From: Gammaproteobacteria bacterium
Lineage (GTDB): Bacteria > Pseudomonadota > Gammaproteobacteria > Ga0077536
Direction of reading: 5' to 3'
DNA: 64,000 nucleotides
NCBI GenBank assembly: GCA_963662545.2
Contig: CAXXLL010000003.1
Span: 1,536,001-1,600,000, forward strand
Under the pieces are notes generated by a model that worked only from the letters and a program-made list of their open reading frames with translations, did no database searches and had not been told where the DNA came from. A program made the position numbers and the translations under genes. Shown piece after piece: positions 1-8,861 of this stretch. Position 1 is the stretch's first letter. Each line of letters starts with the position of its first letter.

Positions 1-318
1 GACGACAGCATCCACTTTTTTGCGCGTCTGCGCCAAACCGCGCGGCACGCGGGCTCCGAGCACGAGGCCTTAGGGGCCGCGCTCGCCGCAGTCATCCGCC
101 CGGTTAGCTTCACGACCGCGGGACTCGCGCTTGGATTTATCACACTGATCGTCGGTGAGCTGCGCAGCCAGGCCGAATTCGGATTGCTCGCCGCGATTAC
201 GCTGGTCATCGCGTGGCTACTCGATCTCACCTTCACACCGGCGCTCGCGCGGCGCTACGGCTTAGCGCGGGTCACGGCAGCAGCCGATCGCAGGTTTACG
301 CGTCACAAGCCGCGCTAG
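1..318 (+). CDS. MMPL/RND-family transporter, C-terminal part (runs off the window start)
   Basis: Frame +1 reads DDSIHFFARLR...VIRPVSFTTAGLALGF...SQAEFGLLAAITLVIAWLLDLTFTPAL to TAG at 316-318. DDxIH and the terminal TM helices match MMPL-family proteins. Confidence 0.8.
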   Translation, partial: DDSIHFFARLRQTARHAGSEHEALGAALAAVIRPVSFTTAGLALGFITLIVGELRSQAEFGLLAAITLVIAWLLDLTFTPALARRYGLARVTAAADRRFTRHKPR

Positions 319-328
319 CCCGCATGCA

Positions 329-406
329 GCCGAAATCTCCGCGCAGGAGCGCCTCTGGATCGTCCACGACAACGCCAAGGAACTGTTTCAGCTTGCCTGT
401 CCATGA
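329..406 (+). pseudogene. Possible relic 3' end of an amidohydrolase-family gene
   Basis: Reads AEISAQERLWIVHDNAKELFQLACP*, resembling the ERxxIxxDNAxxLF C-terminus of amidohydrolase_2 proteins. No upstream part is present. Confidence 0.35.
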
Positions 407-560
407 GCCTTGGGTTGGGGAGTCTCAGGGCTGGTTTGCATCGCATGTGCTTCCGAAATGCTGGACAATGCATAAGCCCTGAGTGGGCGCGTTAGCAGTC
501 TGGTCACAAACCACCATTCGGAACTGCCGGCACCGTTAACCGGGTTATGGAGGCGCAGTA

Positions 561-1973
561 ATGAGAAACAAGAACCCTACAGCTCATCCGTACATGGCGA
601 ATTCGGTCCCTGCAACAAAGCAGGCGATGATGACCGCCATCGGGGTCAAGGATATTGCCGAACTCTATGAACAGATTCCGGCAGACCACAGAATCAAACG
701 AAAGCTCGAGCTGCCGGAACGCATTTTGTCTGAGAGTGATCTGAAGAGACATCTGGTCACGTTACTCTCAAAGAACAAAACCTGCGAAGAAAATCTGAGC
801 TTCCTGGGCGGTGGTTGCTGGCAGCATTACGTTCCCGCCGTCTGCGATGAAATCGCCGGGCGCAGTGAATTTCTGACGCCGCTTTGGGGTTCACCATCGT
901 CCGACCATGGCAGAAATCAAGCGTGGTTCGAATTCACCAGTCAGCTCGGTGAACTGGTCAGCATGGATGTCGTGGGACTCCCCTGTTACAGCTGGGGTTG
1001 CGCGGCGGGCTATGCCCTGCGAATGGCGTCTCGGATTACCGGAAGAAATGAGGTTCTACTACCCAGAACGATCAGCCCTGAAAGACTCGCGGTGATCAGG
1101 AACTATTGCGAGCCTCCGGAAATGGATAACCATATCGAGATTACCCTCGTTGACTTTGACGCCAAAACCGGCTTGCTCGACATCGAGGATTTAGCGCGAA
1201 AAGTATCGGCAAGAACGGCGGCCGTTTACTTTGAAAACCCGTCCTATTTGGGGTTCATCGAATCCCGGGGTTTGATGATCGCCGAGATCGCTCGTGCAAA
1301 CGGAGCAGAGACCATCATAGGAGTCGATGCCATTTCACTCGGTGTGCTCGCGGCGCCGGCCGATTACGGCGCCGACATCGTGGTCGGGACGACACAGCCG
1401 CTCGGCGTGCATATGAATTGCGGCGGTGGTTGCACCGGATTCATCGCAACCCGGGACGAAGTGAAATACGTAGGCGAGTACCCGACCCTTTTGATCAGCA
1501 TTACGAACACGCTGAAAGAAGGGGAATATGGATTTGGCGTCAGTTCGGAACACCAAACTTCCTACGGATTACGAGACAAAGGTAAGGACTGGACCGGCTG
1601 CACGGTCTATCTCTGGACCATCGTCAACGCGGTCTACATGTCCTTGCTCGGGCCGCAGGGCTTCCGGGAGATCGGCGAACTGATCATTCAGCGCGCGCAT
1701 TATGCGGCTAAATTGCTAGCCGACATCGAAGGCATTGAAGTGCGCTTTTCTTCGAACTGTTTCAAAGAATTCGTCGTCAACTTCGACGGCACGGGAAAAA
1801 CCGTAAATGAAATCAATCGCGCTCTGCAAGATCATCAGATCTTTGGAGGTAAGGATATCTCGGGCGAGTTTCCCGAATTGGGCAACAGCGCTTTGTATTG
1901 TGTCACGGAGATGCATACCCAAGGTGATATCGAACGCCTCGCGAGTGCCATGCAGGAGGTTTTAGGCCAATGA
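561..1973 (+). CDS. gcvPA: Glycine dehydrogenase (decarboxylating) subunit 1-like protein, divergent
   Basis: 470 aa with FLGGG..HYVP, ENPSYLG, GADIVVG..QPLG and CVTE motifs. GGAGG RBS upstream; ATGA-type coupling to the next gene. Confidence 0.85.
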   Translation: MRNKNPTAHPYMANSVPATKQAMMTAIGVKDIAELYEQIPADHRIKRKLELPERILSESDLKRHLVTLLSKNKTCEENLSFLGGGCWQHYVPAVCDEIAGRSEFLTPLWGSPSSDHGRNQAWFEFTSQLGELVSMDVVGLPCYSWGCAAGYALRMASRITGRNEVLLPRTISPERLAVIRNYCEPPEMDNHIEITLVDFDAKTGLLDIEDLARKVSARTAAVYFENPSYLGFIESRGLMIAEIARANGAETIIGVDAISLGVLAAPADYGADIVVGTTQPLGVHMNCGGGCTGFIATRDEVKYVGEYPTLLISITNTLKEGEYGFGVSSEHQTSYGLRDKGKDWTGCTVYLWTIVNAVYMSLLGPQGFREIGELIIQRAHYAAKLLADIEGIEVRFSSNCFKEFVVNFDGTGKTVNEINRALQDHQIFGGKDISGEFPELGNSALYCVTEMHTQGDIERLASAMQEVLGQ

Positions 1974-3559
1974 CTACCGATGTAAACCTCAGAAACTATC
2001 ACGCCCCCGTGTGGGACGAGCCCATTATCCTGGAGATGGGTCGGCCGGGGGGACGGGGTGTTGTCTTCGCGGAAGCTGAAGACGACGTCAGGGAAACAGT
2101 TGGTGACGCCGAAGTCCATATTCCAATCGGGATGAGGCGCAAGAAAGCGCCGGCGCTACCGGAGCTTTCCGAGCCCGAGGTGCTCAGGCATTACCTGCAT
2201 CTGTCACAGCAAACATTAGGCATGATCGGAATCAGCCTCTTTGGAACCTGTACGATGAAATACAACCCGCGGGTTAACGAAATCGTCGGGAAGATGCCGC
2301 AGATGGCAGAAATTCATCCGTGCCAGCCGGAAGATACGCTGCAAGGCATCTTGGAGGTGATCCACCGTTTCGATCTCATCTTGCGAGAACTTTCCGGCAT
2401 GGATCAGTTTGTATTCCAAGCGGGAGGCGGCGCCGACGCGGCTTATATCCACACCTGCGTATTGAGGGCCTACCATGCGGCCAAGGGTGAACTACCGCAG
2501 CGCAACGAAATCATCAACACCGTATACACGCATCCCTGCAATCCCGCGACTGCCGCAACGGCTGGGTTCAAGGTCATAAACCTGATGCCGGAGGAGAACG
2601 GCTACCCGTCTCTCGACGCGCTGAAAGCGGCCGTGTCGGATCGAACCGCCGGACTGATGGTCAACAATCCCGACGACTTGGGTGTCTACAATCCGCATAT
2701 CAAGGATTGGGTAAAAGTCGTTCATGATGCCGGCGGTTTGTGTTTTTACGATCATGCTAATTTCAACGGCGTCATGGGCGTGATCAGAGCACGGGAGATC
2801 GGTTTTGACGCGTGCATGTTCATGCTGCACAAGACATTCGGCGCCCCCAAAGGCGGCATGGGTCCGGCCGCCGGTGCTTATGGATGTACCGAGGAACTCG
2901 CGAAGTTCCTACCCGCTCCGGTCGTAACATTCGACGATGAAAAATATCGGCTCGATTACGACCGGCCGCACAGTGTCGGAAACGTTCGCGAGTTCTGGGG
3001 AAACATACCGCTGGTCCTGAAGGCGTATTCGTGGGTAATGAGCATGGGCGCAGAAGGTATTTTGGAAGCCTGCCATCTATCGGTCTTGGCGAACAATTAC
3101 ATGGAAAAGTTGATCATGGAAATCCCGGGGGTGTCGAAACCCAATCCTGAAATGAAGAAAAGGCGTATGGAAATGACGCGCTACAGCTGGGAAAAACTGC
3201 AGAAAGATACGGGTGTTGGAACCCTGGATGTATTGAACAGGATGATTGACTTCGGACTTGACGCTTACTGGATGAGTCATGAACCCTGGCTCATTCCGGA
3301 ACCCTTCACACCGGAGGCAGGCGAGACTTATTCAAAAGAAGATCTGGAGTATTGGGTCGCGGTGCTCAAACATATTTCGAAGGAAGCGTATTCGGATCCG
3401 GAGATCGTAAAAACCGCACCGCATAATCAGGCGATCCACCAGGTCAATTTGGAGGCATTGGAAGACCCGGAGAAATGGGCCATGACCTGGCGATCCTTCG
3501 TCAAGAAACGGAAGAAACACAAGGATGCGTCTGGAGAATTGCAATCCCGGGTGGGTTAA
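1970..3559 (+). CDS. gcvPB: Glycine dehydrogenase (decarboxylating) subunit 2-like protein, PLP-dependent, divergent
   Basis: 529 aa with LPELSE.EV.RHY..LS, GTCTMKYNP, the PLP lysine motif LHKTF and VLANNY. Confidence 0.85.
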   Translation: MTTDVNLRNYHAPVWDEPIILEMGRPGGRGVVFAEAEDDVRETVGDAEVHIPIGMRRKKAPALPELSEPEVLRHYLHLSQQTLGMIGISLFGTCTMKYNPRVNEIVGKMPQMAEIHPCQPEDTLQGILEVIHRFDLILRELSGMDQFVFQAGGGADAAYIHTCVLRAYHAAKGELPQRNEIINTVYTHPCNPATAATAGFKVINLMPEENGYPSLDALKAAVSDRTAGLMVNNPDDLGVYNPHIKDWVKVVHDAGGLCFYDHANFNGVMGVIRAREIGFDACMFMLHKTFGAPKGGMGPAAGAYGCTEELAKFLPAPVVTFDDEKYRLDYDRPHSVGNVREFWGNIPLVLKAYSWVMSMGAEGILEACHLSVLANNYMEKLIMEIPGVSKPNPEMKKRRMEMTRYSWEKLQKDTGVGTLDVLNRMIDFGLDAYWMSHEPWLIPEPFTPEAGETYSKEDLEYWVAVLKHISKEAYSDPEIVKTAPHNQAIHQVNLEALEDPEKWAMTWRSFVKKRKKHKDASGELQSRVG

Positions 3560-3747
3560 GGAAAACGGGGCGCACTAAGCAACATTTAGCCGTTACTGAA
3601 TAGTTCGTCATCTCATGCCACCACGACTACTGAGAGAGGGCCATTGTTCCGACGGGCACGGAGATCGTTCCACTTAAAGCGCACCGTTCCTGTTGTCAGC
3701 GTCGAATGCTCGTCCGCGACCGTGCCTGACAGTCGCTCCATTATTTC

Positions 3748-4899
3748 ATGCGAACAAAAGGGACCCTAGGATTGAAAAGAAAACGGCTGGGCGTGATCGT
3801 CAACCCCATTGCCGGCATGGGCGGCAAGGTTGGCCTCAAGGGAACTGATAGTTTCGCAATACTCGAAGAAGCTCGAAAGCGGGGCGCCACCCCAGTCTCA
3901 CCCGGACGGGCGGTTAAGGCGCTCAAGCGGATCGCCGCCCTCAGAGAAACCGTGGAGATCATAACTTATCCCCACGAAATGGGAGAGGACGAAGCCAATG
4001 AGTGCGGTTTCCAGCCGACGGTTCTAGGTTCGGTAAAACCCGGGAAAGCCCGCGCTCAAGATACCCGCAATGCGGCAAAGGAACTGTTGCGTTCTAAAGT
4101 CGATCTCCTGCTGTTTGCCGGCGGCGACGGTACCGCACGAGATATTTACGATGCCGTCAGAGACAAGATTCCAATATTGGGGATACCAACCGGGGTAAAG
4201 ATGCACTCGGCCGTGTATGGAACAACGCCTGAAAATGCCGGCAATCTGGCCGCGCTGTATCTTGGGAAAGATTTCGCAAAGTTCCGCCTTCACGACGTTG
4301 AGGTAATGGACATTGACGAAGACGCTGTCAGGCAAAACCGGCTTTCCGCCATGCTCTATGGATACGTCAAAGTTCCCTATCAGAGATCTTTAATCCAAAG
4401 CGCTAAAGCCGGTATGCCCATTGGCGGGGAGGCTGCACTGGACGGTGCTTGTTGGGATGTCATCAATAATCTCGAGGAGGATTGCCTCTACATAGTCGGG
4501 CCGGGAACGACGACGAAAAGACTGATGGAAAGACTCGGATTAAAGGGGACTTTGCTGGGCGTGGACGCGATACGTGACCGCATACTCATCGGTTCGGATC
4601 TGAACGAAAACCAATTGTTGCAGCTCATGGAAGGCAAGAGAACGAAAATTATCGTCACTGTAATCGGCGGGCACGGGTGTCTGTTCGGGCGAGGCAATCA
4701 ACAGATAAGCCCCGATGTGATCAAGCACGCTGGTAGGCAAAATATCATCATCGTATCCACGATGGAAAAAATTTGTTTGCTTCAAACCAGGTCGCTATTT
4801 GTTGATACGGGCGACGATGAAACCGATGAAATGCTGCGTGGATACATAAGCGTGATAACGGGTTTGAAACAAAGCACTATGCTCAGGATCGCATCTTGA
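3748..4899 (+). CDS. ATP-NAD/AcoX kinase family protein
   Basis: NPIAGMGG.VGLKGTD, FAGGDGTARD, GIPTGVKMHS and FGRGNQQ motifs. Confidence 0.85.
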   Translation: MRTKGTLGLKRKRLGVIVNPIAGMGGKVGLKGTDSFAILEEARKRGATPVSPGRAVKALKRIAALRETVEIITYPHEMGEDEANECGFQPTVLGSVKPGKARAQDTRNAAKELLRSKVDLLLFAGGDGTARDIYDAVRDKIPILGIPTGVKMHSAVYGTTPENAGNLAALYLGKDFAKFRLHDVEVMDIDEDAVRQNRLSAMLYGYVKVPYQRSLIQSAKAGMPIGGEAALDGACWDVINNLEEDCLYIVGPGTTTKRLMERLGLKGTLLGVDAIRDRILIGSDLNENQLLQLMEGKRTKIIVTVIGGHGCLFGRGNQQISPDVIKHAGRQNIIIVSTMEKICLLQTRSLFVDTGDDETDEMLRGYISVITGLKQSTMLRIAS

Positions 4900-5119
4900 G
4901 AATTGGCCCACCGTTCTTGCGCACTGGCTGGGATGACGCACGCCCGACCTCGACGACCGCCGCGCGTGTCGGCCTCGCCGGCGATCTGTAGAGTATGATC
5001 ACGCGGTGGGTGGCCGCGCGCTGTAGACGACCACCTAGAGCATTCTGACTCCGAGTCTTATAGATAAATTGATCCGCGCGCGGACTTGCGGCGCGGCGGA
5101 ATTAGAGGGAGATGCGATC

Positions 5120-5632
5120 ATGTTAGATCAAACCGGTGCTGGAACATTTTCAATTTTATTCACCCTTGCGGTCGCAGCGGGGTTCGCGACAGTTGCCCTG
5201 GCGCATGGCGATGAAGCGTCAGAGCAGGCTGTCAGCACTTCCGGCGAGAATTACGATCCGGTAAGCCGCGGCACGCGGAAACTCGCACTCGGCGAGGTAA
5301 CGATTCGAATGCTGATCGACGAATCAAACATCGGCCGCAGTGATATCGAGATCGGTGAACTGATCCTCCCGGCGGACAGCCCGGATTCGGTGTCGCACGC
5401 CCATGGCAGTCTCGAGATTTTCTACGTTGTGGAGGGGATCCTCGGGCATGAAGTGAACGGCAAACCTTTCACCTTGCATCCGGGCGAGGCCGGTTATTTG
5501 AAGCCGGGCGATAAAGTCGTCCATCGCGTCCTCTCGGAGGGCCCCGTCAAGGCCTTGGTCATCTGGGTGCCGGGCGGTGAAGCTGATGCGATGGTCGAAC
5601 ACGCGGGTTTCGTCGAAGTGCCACTTCATTAG
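5120..5632 (+). CDS. Secreted cupin-domain protein
   Basis: Signal-peptide-like N-terminus (ALA-H) and cupin metal motifs HAH...EIFYVVEG and PGD..VH. ATG at 5120 follows a GAGGGAG RBS-like sequence. Confidence 0.75.
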   Translation: MLDQTGAGTFSILFTLAVAAGFATVALAHGDEASEQAVSTSGENYDPVSRGTRKLALGEVTIRMLIDESNIGRSDIEIGELILPADSPDSVSHAHGSLEIFYVVEGILGHEVNGKPFTLHPGEAGYLKPGDKVVHRVLSEGPVKALVIWVPGGEADAMVEHAGFVEVPLH

Positions 5633-5734
5633 AGCGGTGCCATCGCTGCCTTACTGACTCCGCAGACGGGCACGGATAACGACAGAAAAAGAAGTGTGAC
5701 GACGACGGACTACGACCAATCCGAATTCTGTCGT

Positions 5735-6886
5735 TCAAAAGCAGGACATCATCGCACTCATCAGAGTCTTCGAGAGCGGCCCTTCGTCGAGTGCGTGAGC
5801 CATGCGGTTTTCGACGCACGCAAACCCCAGTCGGCGCGACGGCACCCCGACCCCGACATAGCCGCCGGCGCCGAGTCCGGCGAAGGTATCGGGCGTACCG
5901 GTAAACTCGAGCGCACCGCCCGACAGCAGAAAGCCGAGCCCGTGACGCACCGGAACGCCGAGCACCGCGTCCTCTTCGTTCCATATTTCCGTCGTCGCTT
6001 CGGTGAGGATGGCCTCACTCAAGATGCGCTCCCCGTCAAACTCACCGCCGCAGGCGAGTACCCCGTAGACACGGGCCAGCCCGCGCGGATTGCCGAAACC
6101 GACATTCGGTGTGCCCCAGGTGCGGCCCTCTGACGAGTTAACGAAACCCGCCAGGTCCGCACCCTCCGGAAGCGCCTTCCAGGCGCGGCCGATCGGATTG
6201 TCGGTGTCTTTTAGTAGCGCCAGGAAGGGATGATCGGGATCGCAGATGGTATCCGCGCAGCGCGCCTGCTCCGCCTCGTTCAACGCGATTTGGAAATCGA
6301 CGCCCAGCGGTTCCGCGAATTCCTCGCGCCAATATTCGGCGATGGCGCGGCCCGTGACACGATAGACCAACTCGCGGTTGAGAATCCCGATGGTGAACGT
6401 GTGGTAGGCAGGCTGTGTGCCGGGTGGCCATTGCGGTGATTGACATTCGACGGCAGCGCGCAGGGCGGCGTAGTCGGATATGCTGCCGCGCCCTAGTGCA
6501 TCCAGAAACACGAGCCCCGACGTGTGTGATCACACCTGGCGTACCGTGATCTTGTCCTTTCCGGCTTGACCGAACTCCGGCCAGTACTCCGCTAGGGGCG
6601 TGTCCAGCCCGATCTTGCCTTCGTCGACGAGTTTCAAAACGCACAGGCAACCCATCGCCTTGCCCGTGCTCATCATGCACGCGAGGGTGTCTTCTTTCCA
6701 CGCATCCGTACGGCCCGCGTCACGGTAGCCGGCCCAAAGATCGACGGCCAATTTTCCGTCCACGTAAGCAGCCGCGGTGGCGCCGACTTCGAAGCCTTCG
6801 TCGACATGCGCTTGAAATGCCTTTCGGACAGCAGCGAAACGGGCGTCACAACTCCCATGAACGGTAACGGCGGTGCACCTTGTCAT
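5735..6886 (-). pseudogene. Serine hydrolase (beta-lactamase class C/EstA-like) interrupted by an in-frame TGA
   Basis: ORFs 6530-6922 and 5735-6511 share one frame: VDLWAG, SxxK (STGK), YWPEF, RQV*SHTSGL, PAYH. TGA at 6532-6530 sits where Leu is expected. Confidence 0.8.
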
Positions 6887-6947
6887 CAATATCCCCTTGC
6901 GTTGGATTGCAGCGCTTAACAAATGATATCCGCGGGCACTTGTACCA

Positions 6948-7004
6948 GTCCTCGGCTACAGCGAGTGAAAGATCGAGACCCTGATCGACGACGCAGTGAT
7001 CTAA
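6948..7004 (+). pseudogene. Possible relic 3' end of a CaiB/BaiF CoA-transferase gene
   Basis: Reads VLGYSE*KIETLIDDAVI*, similar to the LGYSxxEIxxLxxxxVI* terminus of family III CoA transferases, with an internal stop. Confidence 0.35.
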
Positions 7005-7059
7005 AGCACCAGTGAGATAGGCCGGCTGGGGCCAATCCCAGCCACCTCGGCCGGCCCGC

Positions 7060-7731
7060 TTATCCGATGTGTTCTGCAAAGAAGGACAAGGTCCTTTCCT
7101 TCGCCGTCGCCGTGGCCGCGGCGTCGTAGCTCTCTCGATGATTGCAATTGAATCCATGACCGGCGTCGTAGAGGAACACCTGGACCTCGGGCTGCGCTTT
7201 GCGGACTTTCTCCACATCGCTCATGGGTATGTGCGCGTCCTTTTCCCCGAAGTGCATCATCACCGGGCATTGGGCGCTACGCTCGGCCTCGCCCGCGATG
7301 CCGCCACCGTAATAGGCTGAAGCGGCAGAAACACCATTCAATTCACAGGCCGAAAGCCAGGTCAACAAGCCGCCGAAACAATAGCCGACAACGCCGACCT
7401 TGCCGTGTTCGGACGCCGCGTCGACGGCCGCCTGAAGATCCTTCAAGGTCTCTTCCATGTTGAGATCCTCGAAGGCGAGTTTCAGGCCCTTGTCGAACTC
7501 AGTCTGATCCTCGTACCCGAGTTCGACGTTACGCTCGACCCGGTCGAAGATCTGGGGCGCAATCGCCGCGTATCCTTCCGCAGCGTAAAGGTCGATGACT
7601 TCGCGTATGTGCGAGTTGACCCCGAATATTTCCTGGATGACGACTACACCCGCCTTGGGTTTGCCCTCCGGCAAGGCTTCGTAGGCGCCGAGCGTGAAGC
7701 CGTCGGACGATTTGAGTTGTCGCTGTTTCAT
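7060..7731 (-). CDS. Dienelactone hydrolase family protein
   Basis: QEIFGVN, GYCFGG nucleophile motif, D in FGEKD, and AGHGF. Confidence 0.93.
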   Translation of the reverse strand: MKQRQLKSSDGFTLGAYEALPEGKPKAGVVVIQEIFGVNSHIREVIDLYAAEGYAAIAPQIFDRVERNVELGYEDQTEFDKGLKLAFEDLNMEETLKDLQAAVDAASEHGKVGVVGYCFGGLLTWLSACELNGVSAASAYYGGGIAGEAERSAQCPVMMHFGEKDAHIPMSDVEKVRKAQPEVQVFLYDAGHGFNCNHRESYDAAATATAKERTLSFFAEHIG

Positions 7732-7873
7732 AGTCGTTCTCCTGGAATGGCAGCCGAATAGGATACTTCAGTTCTGTTGGCTTACCTGCTTTTTTGAGGG
7801 TGTCCGTGACCACTCACTTAAACTATGCTAGGGCCGTTGTCATAGAAGAACCATCTATGCGGAGGGATCTCTC

Positions 7874-8272
7874 ATGAGCGCAAGTGCAATCTGTTTAATG
7901 GGCCTGATCGGCTGGACCATCGTGCTCACATTCATCCTGTTGGGCGCGCGCGGCGCGGCCATGATGAAGGGGCACGCCATTGCGCCCTTCGATCAGGACG
8001 GCGGCGATCTCGCCGGCTTCGGCACCCGGGTAACACGGGCACACGGTAACAGCCTAGAATGGCTGACGATTCCCGCGGCCATCCTCGTTTACGCGATAGC
8101 AACCGGTCAGGGCGAAATCACGGACGGCCTGGCAATGTGGGTGCTCTACGCTCGCTTGATCCAATCCATCGTACACATGATTTCGATGGGCACGCCGTTC
8201 ATCGCGGTCAGGGGAACGATGTTAACGGTGCAGATCGTCATCTGGATCATCTGGATGGTTAAGCTGGCCTGA
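7874..8272 (+). CDS. MAPEG family membrane protein
   Basis: 132 aa with four hydrophobic segments, RAHGNSLE and ARLIQSIVH motifs. Confidence 0.8.
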   Translation: MSASAICLMGLIGWTIVLTFILLGARGAAMMKGHAIAPFDQDGGDLAGFGTRVTRAHGNSLEWLTIPAAILVYAIATGQGEITDGLAMWVLYARLIQSIVHMISMGTPFIAVRGTMLTVQIVIWIIWMVKLA

Positions 8273-8443
8273 GATCCGGTCCGGGTAATCTTCGCCTAAC
8301 GAGAATGATTACTCCGACAGACTCTTAGTTTCGCGGAAGCGGGCGTTTCGCTACCCGCTCCGAGTCGACAACACGATACCCTCCCGCGGTTTCGCGACGC
8401 GACGCGACGCGCTGCGAGAGAGGGAAAATGGAGATTGATAAAA

Positions 8444-8842
8444 ATGAGCCCTGAAGAACGCAAGACGGTTATCGCCGGGGTATTCGAGGCCTTCGCCAAC
8501 GGTGATGGCGAGCCCTTGATGAACATGATCGACGATGACATTAAGTGGACGATTATCGGCAACACGAAGTTCTCGGCGACCTACCTCGGCAAGGAGGATC
8601 TCGGTAAGCGCCTTCTCGGCCCGCTCAGCGGACTCATCGAGGGTCATTTGCACATCACGCTGGACAACATGATTGCAGAGGACGATTTCGTAGTGGCGCA
8701 GGGCCGCGGCGAATCCAATACGGTCGCCGGCGGCACCTATAACAACACCTACCGCTGGGTCTACCGCTGGTCCGGCGACAAGGTCGTCGAGATCACGGAG
8801 TATCTCGACACGGAAGTACTCACCGCTTCGTTCGGTCGCTAG
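8444..8842 (+). CDS. SnoaL/NTF2-like (ketosteroid-isomerase-like) protein
   Basis: DDDIKWT, IAEDDFVV, YNNTY.W, and EYLDT pattern. Confidence 0.85.
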   Translation: MSPEERKTVIAGVFEAFANGDGEPLMNMIDDDIKWTIIGNTKFSATYLGKEDLGKRLLGPLSGLIEGHLHITLDNMIAEDDFVVAQGRGESNTVAGGTYNNTYRWVYRWSGDKVVEITEYLDTEVLTASFGR

Positions 8843-8861
8843 ACCGCAGACTACGGTCGGG

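Noticed and set aside
320-560. Glycine riboswitch upstream of gcvPA (CTCAGGGCT...AGCCCTGAG stem at 424-483)
   Set aside because: The ordered GGAGA...CCGAAG...CTCTCAGG aptamer elements are not recognisable; only an isolated stem is visible. An Rfam scan would settle it.
6530-6532. Selenocysteine recoding of the in-frame TGA
   Set aside because: The position corresponds to a hydrophobic residue (LSHTSG motif), not a catalytic Cys, and no convincing SECIS was identified.
8393-8411. (CGCGA)n tandem repeat upstream of the SnoaL-like gene
   Set aside because: Fewer than four units in GC-rich DNA; too weak to call a contingency locus.
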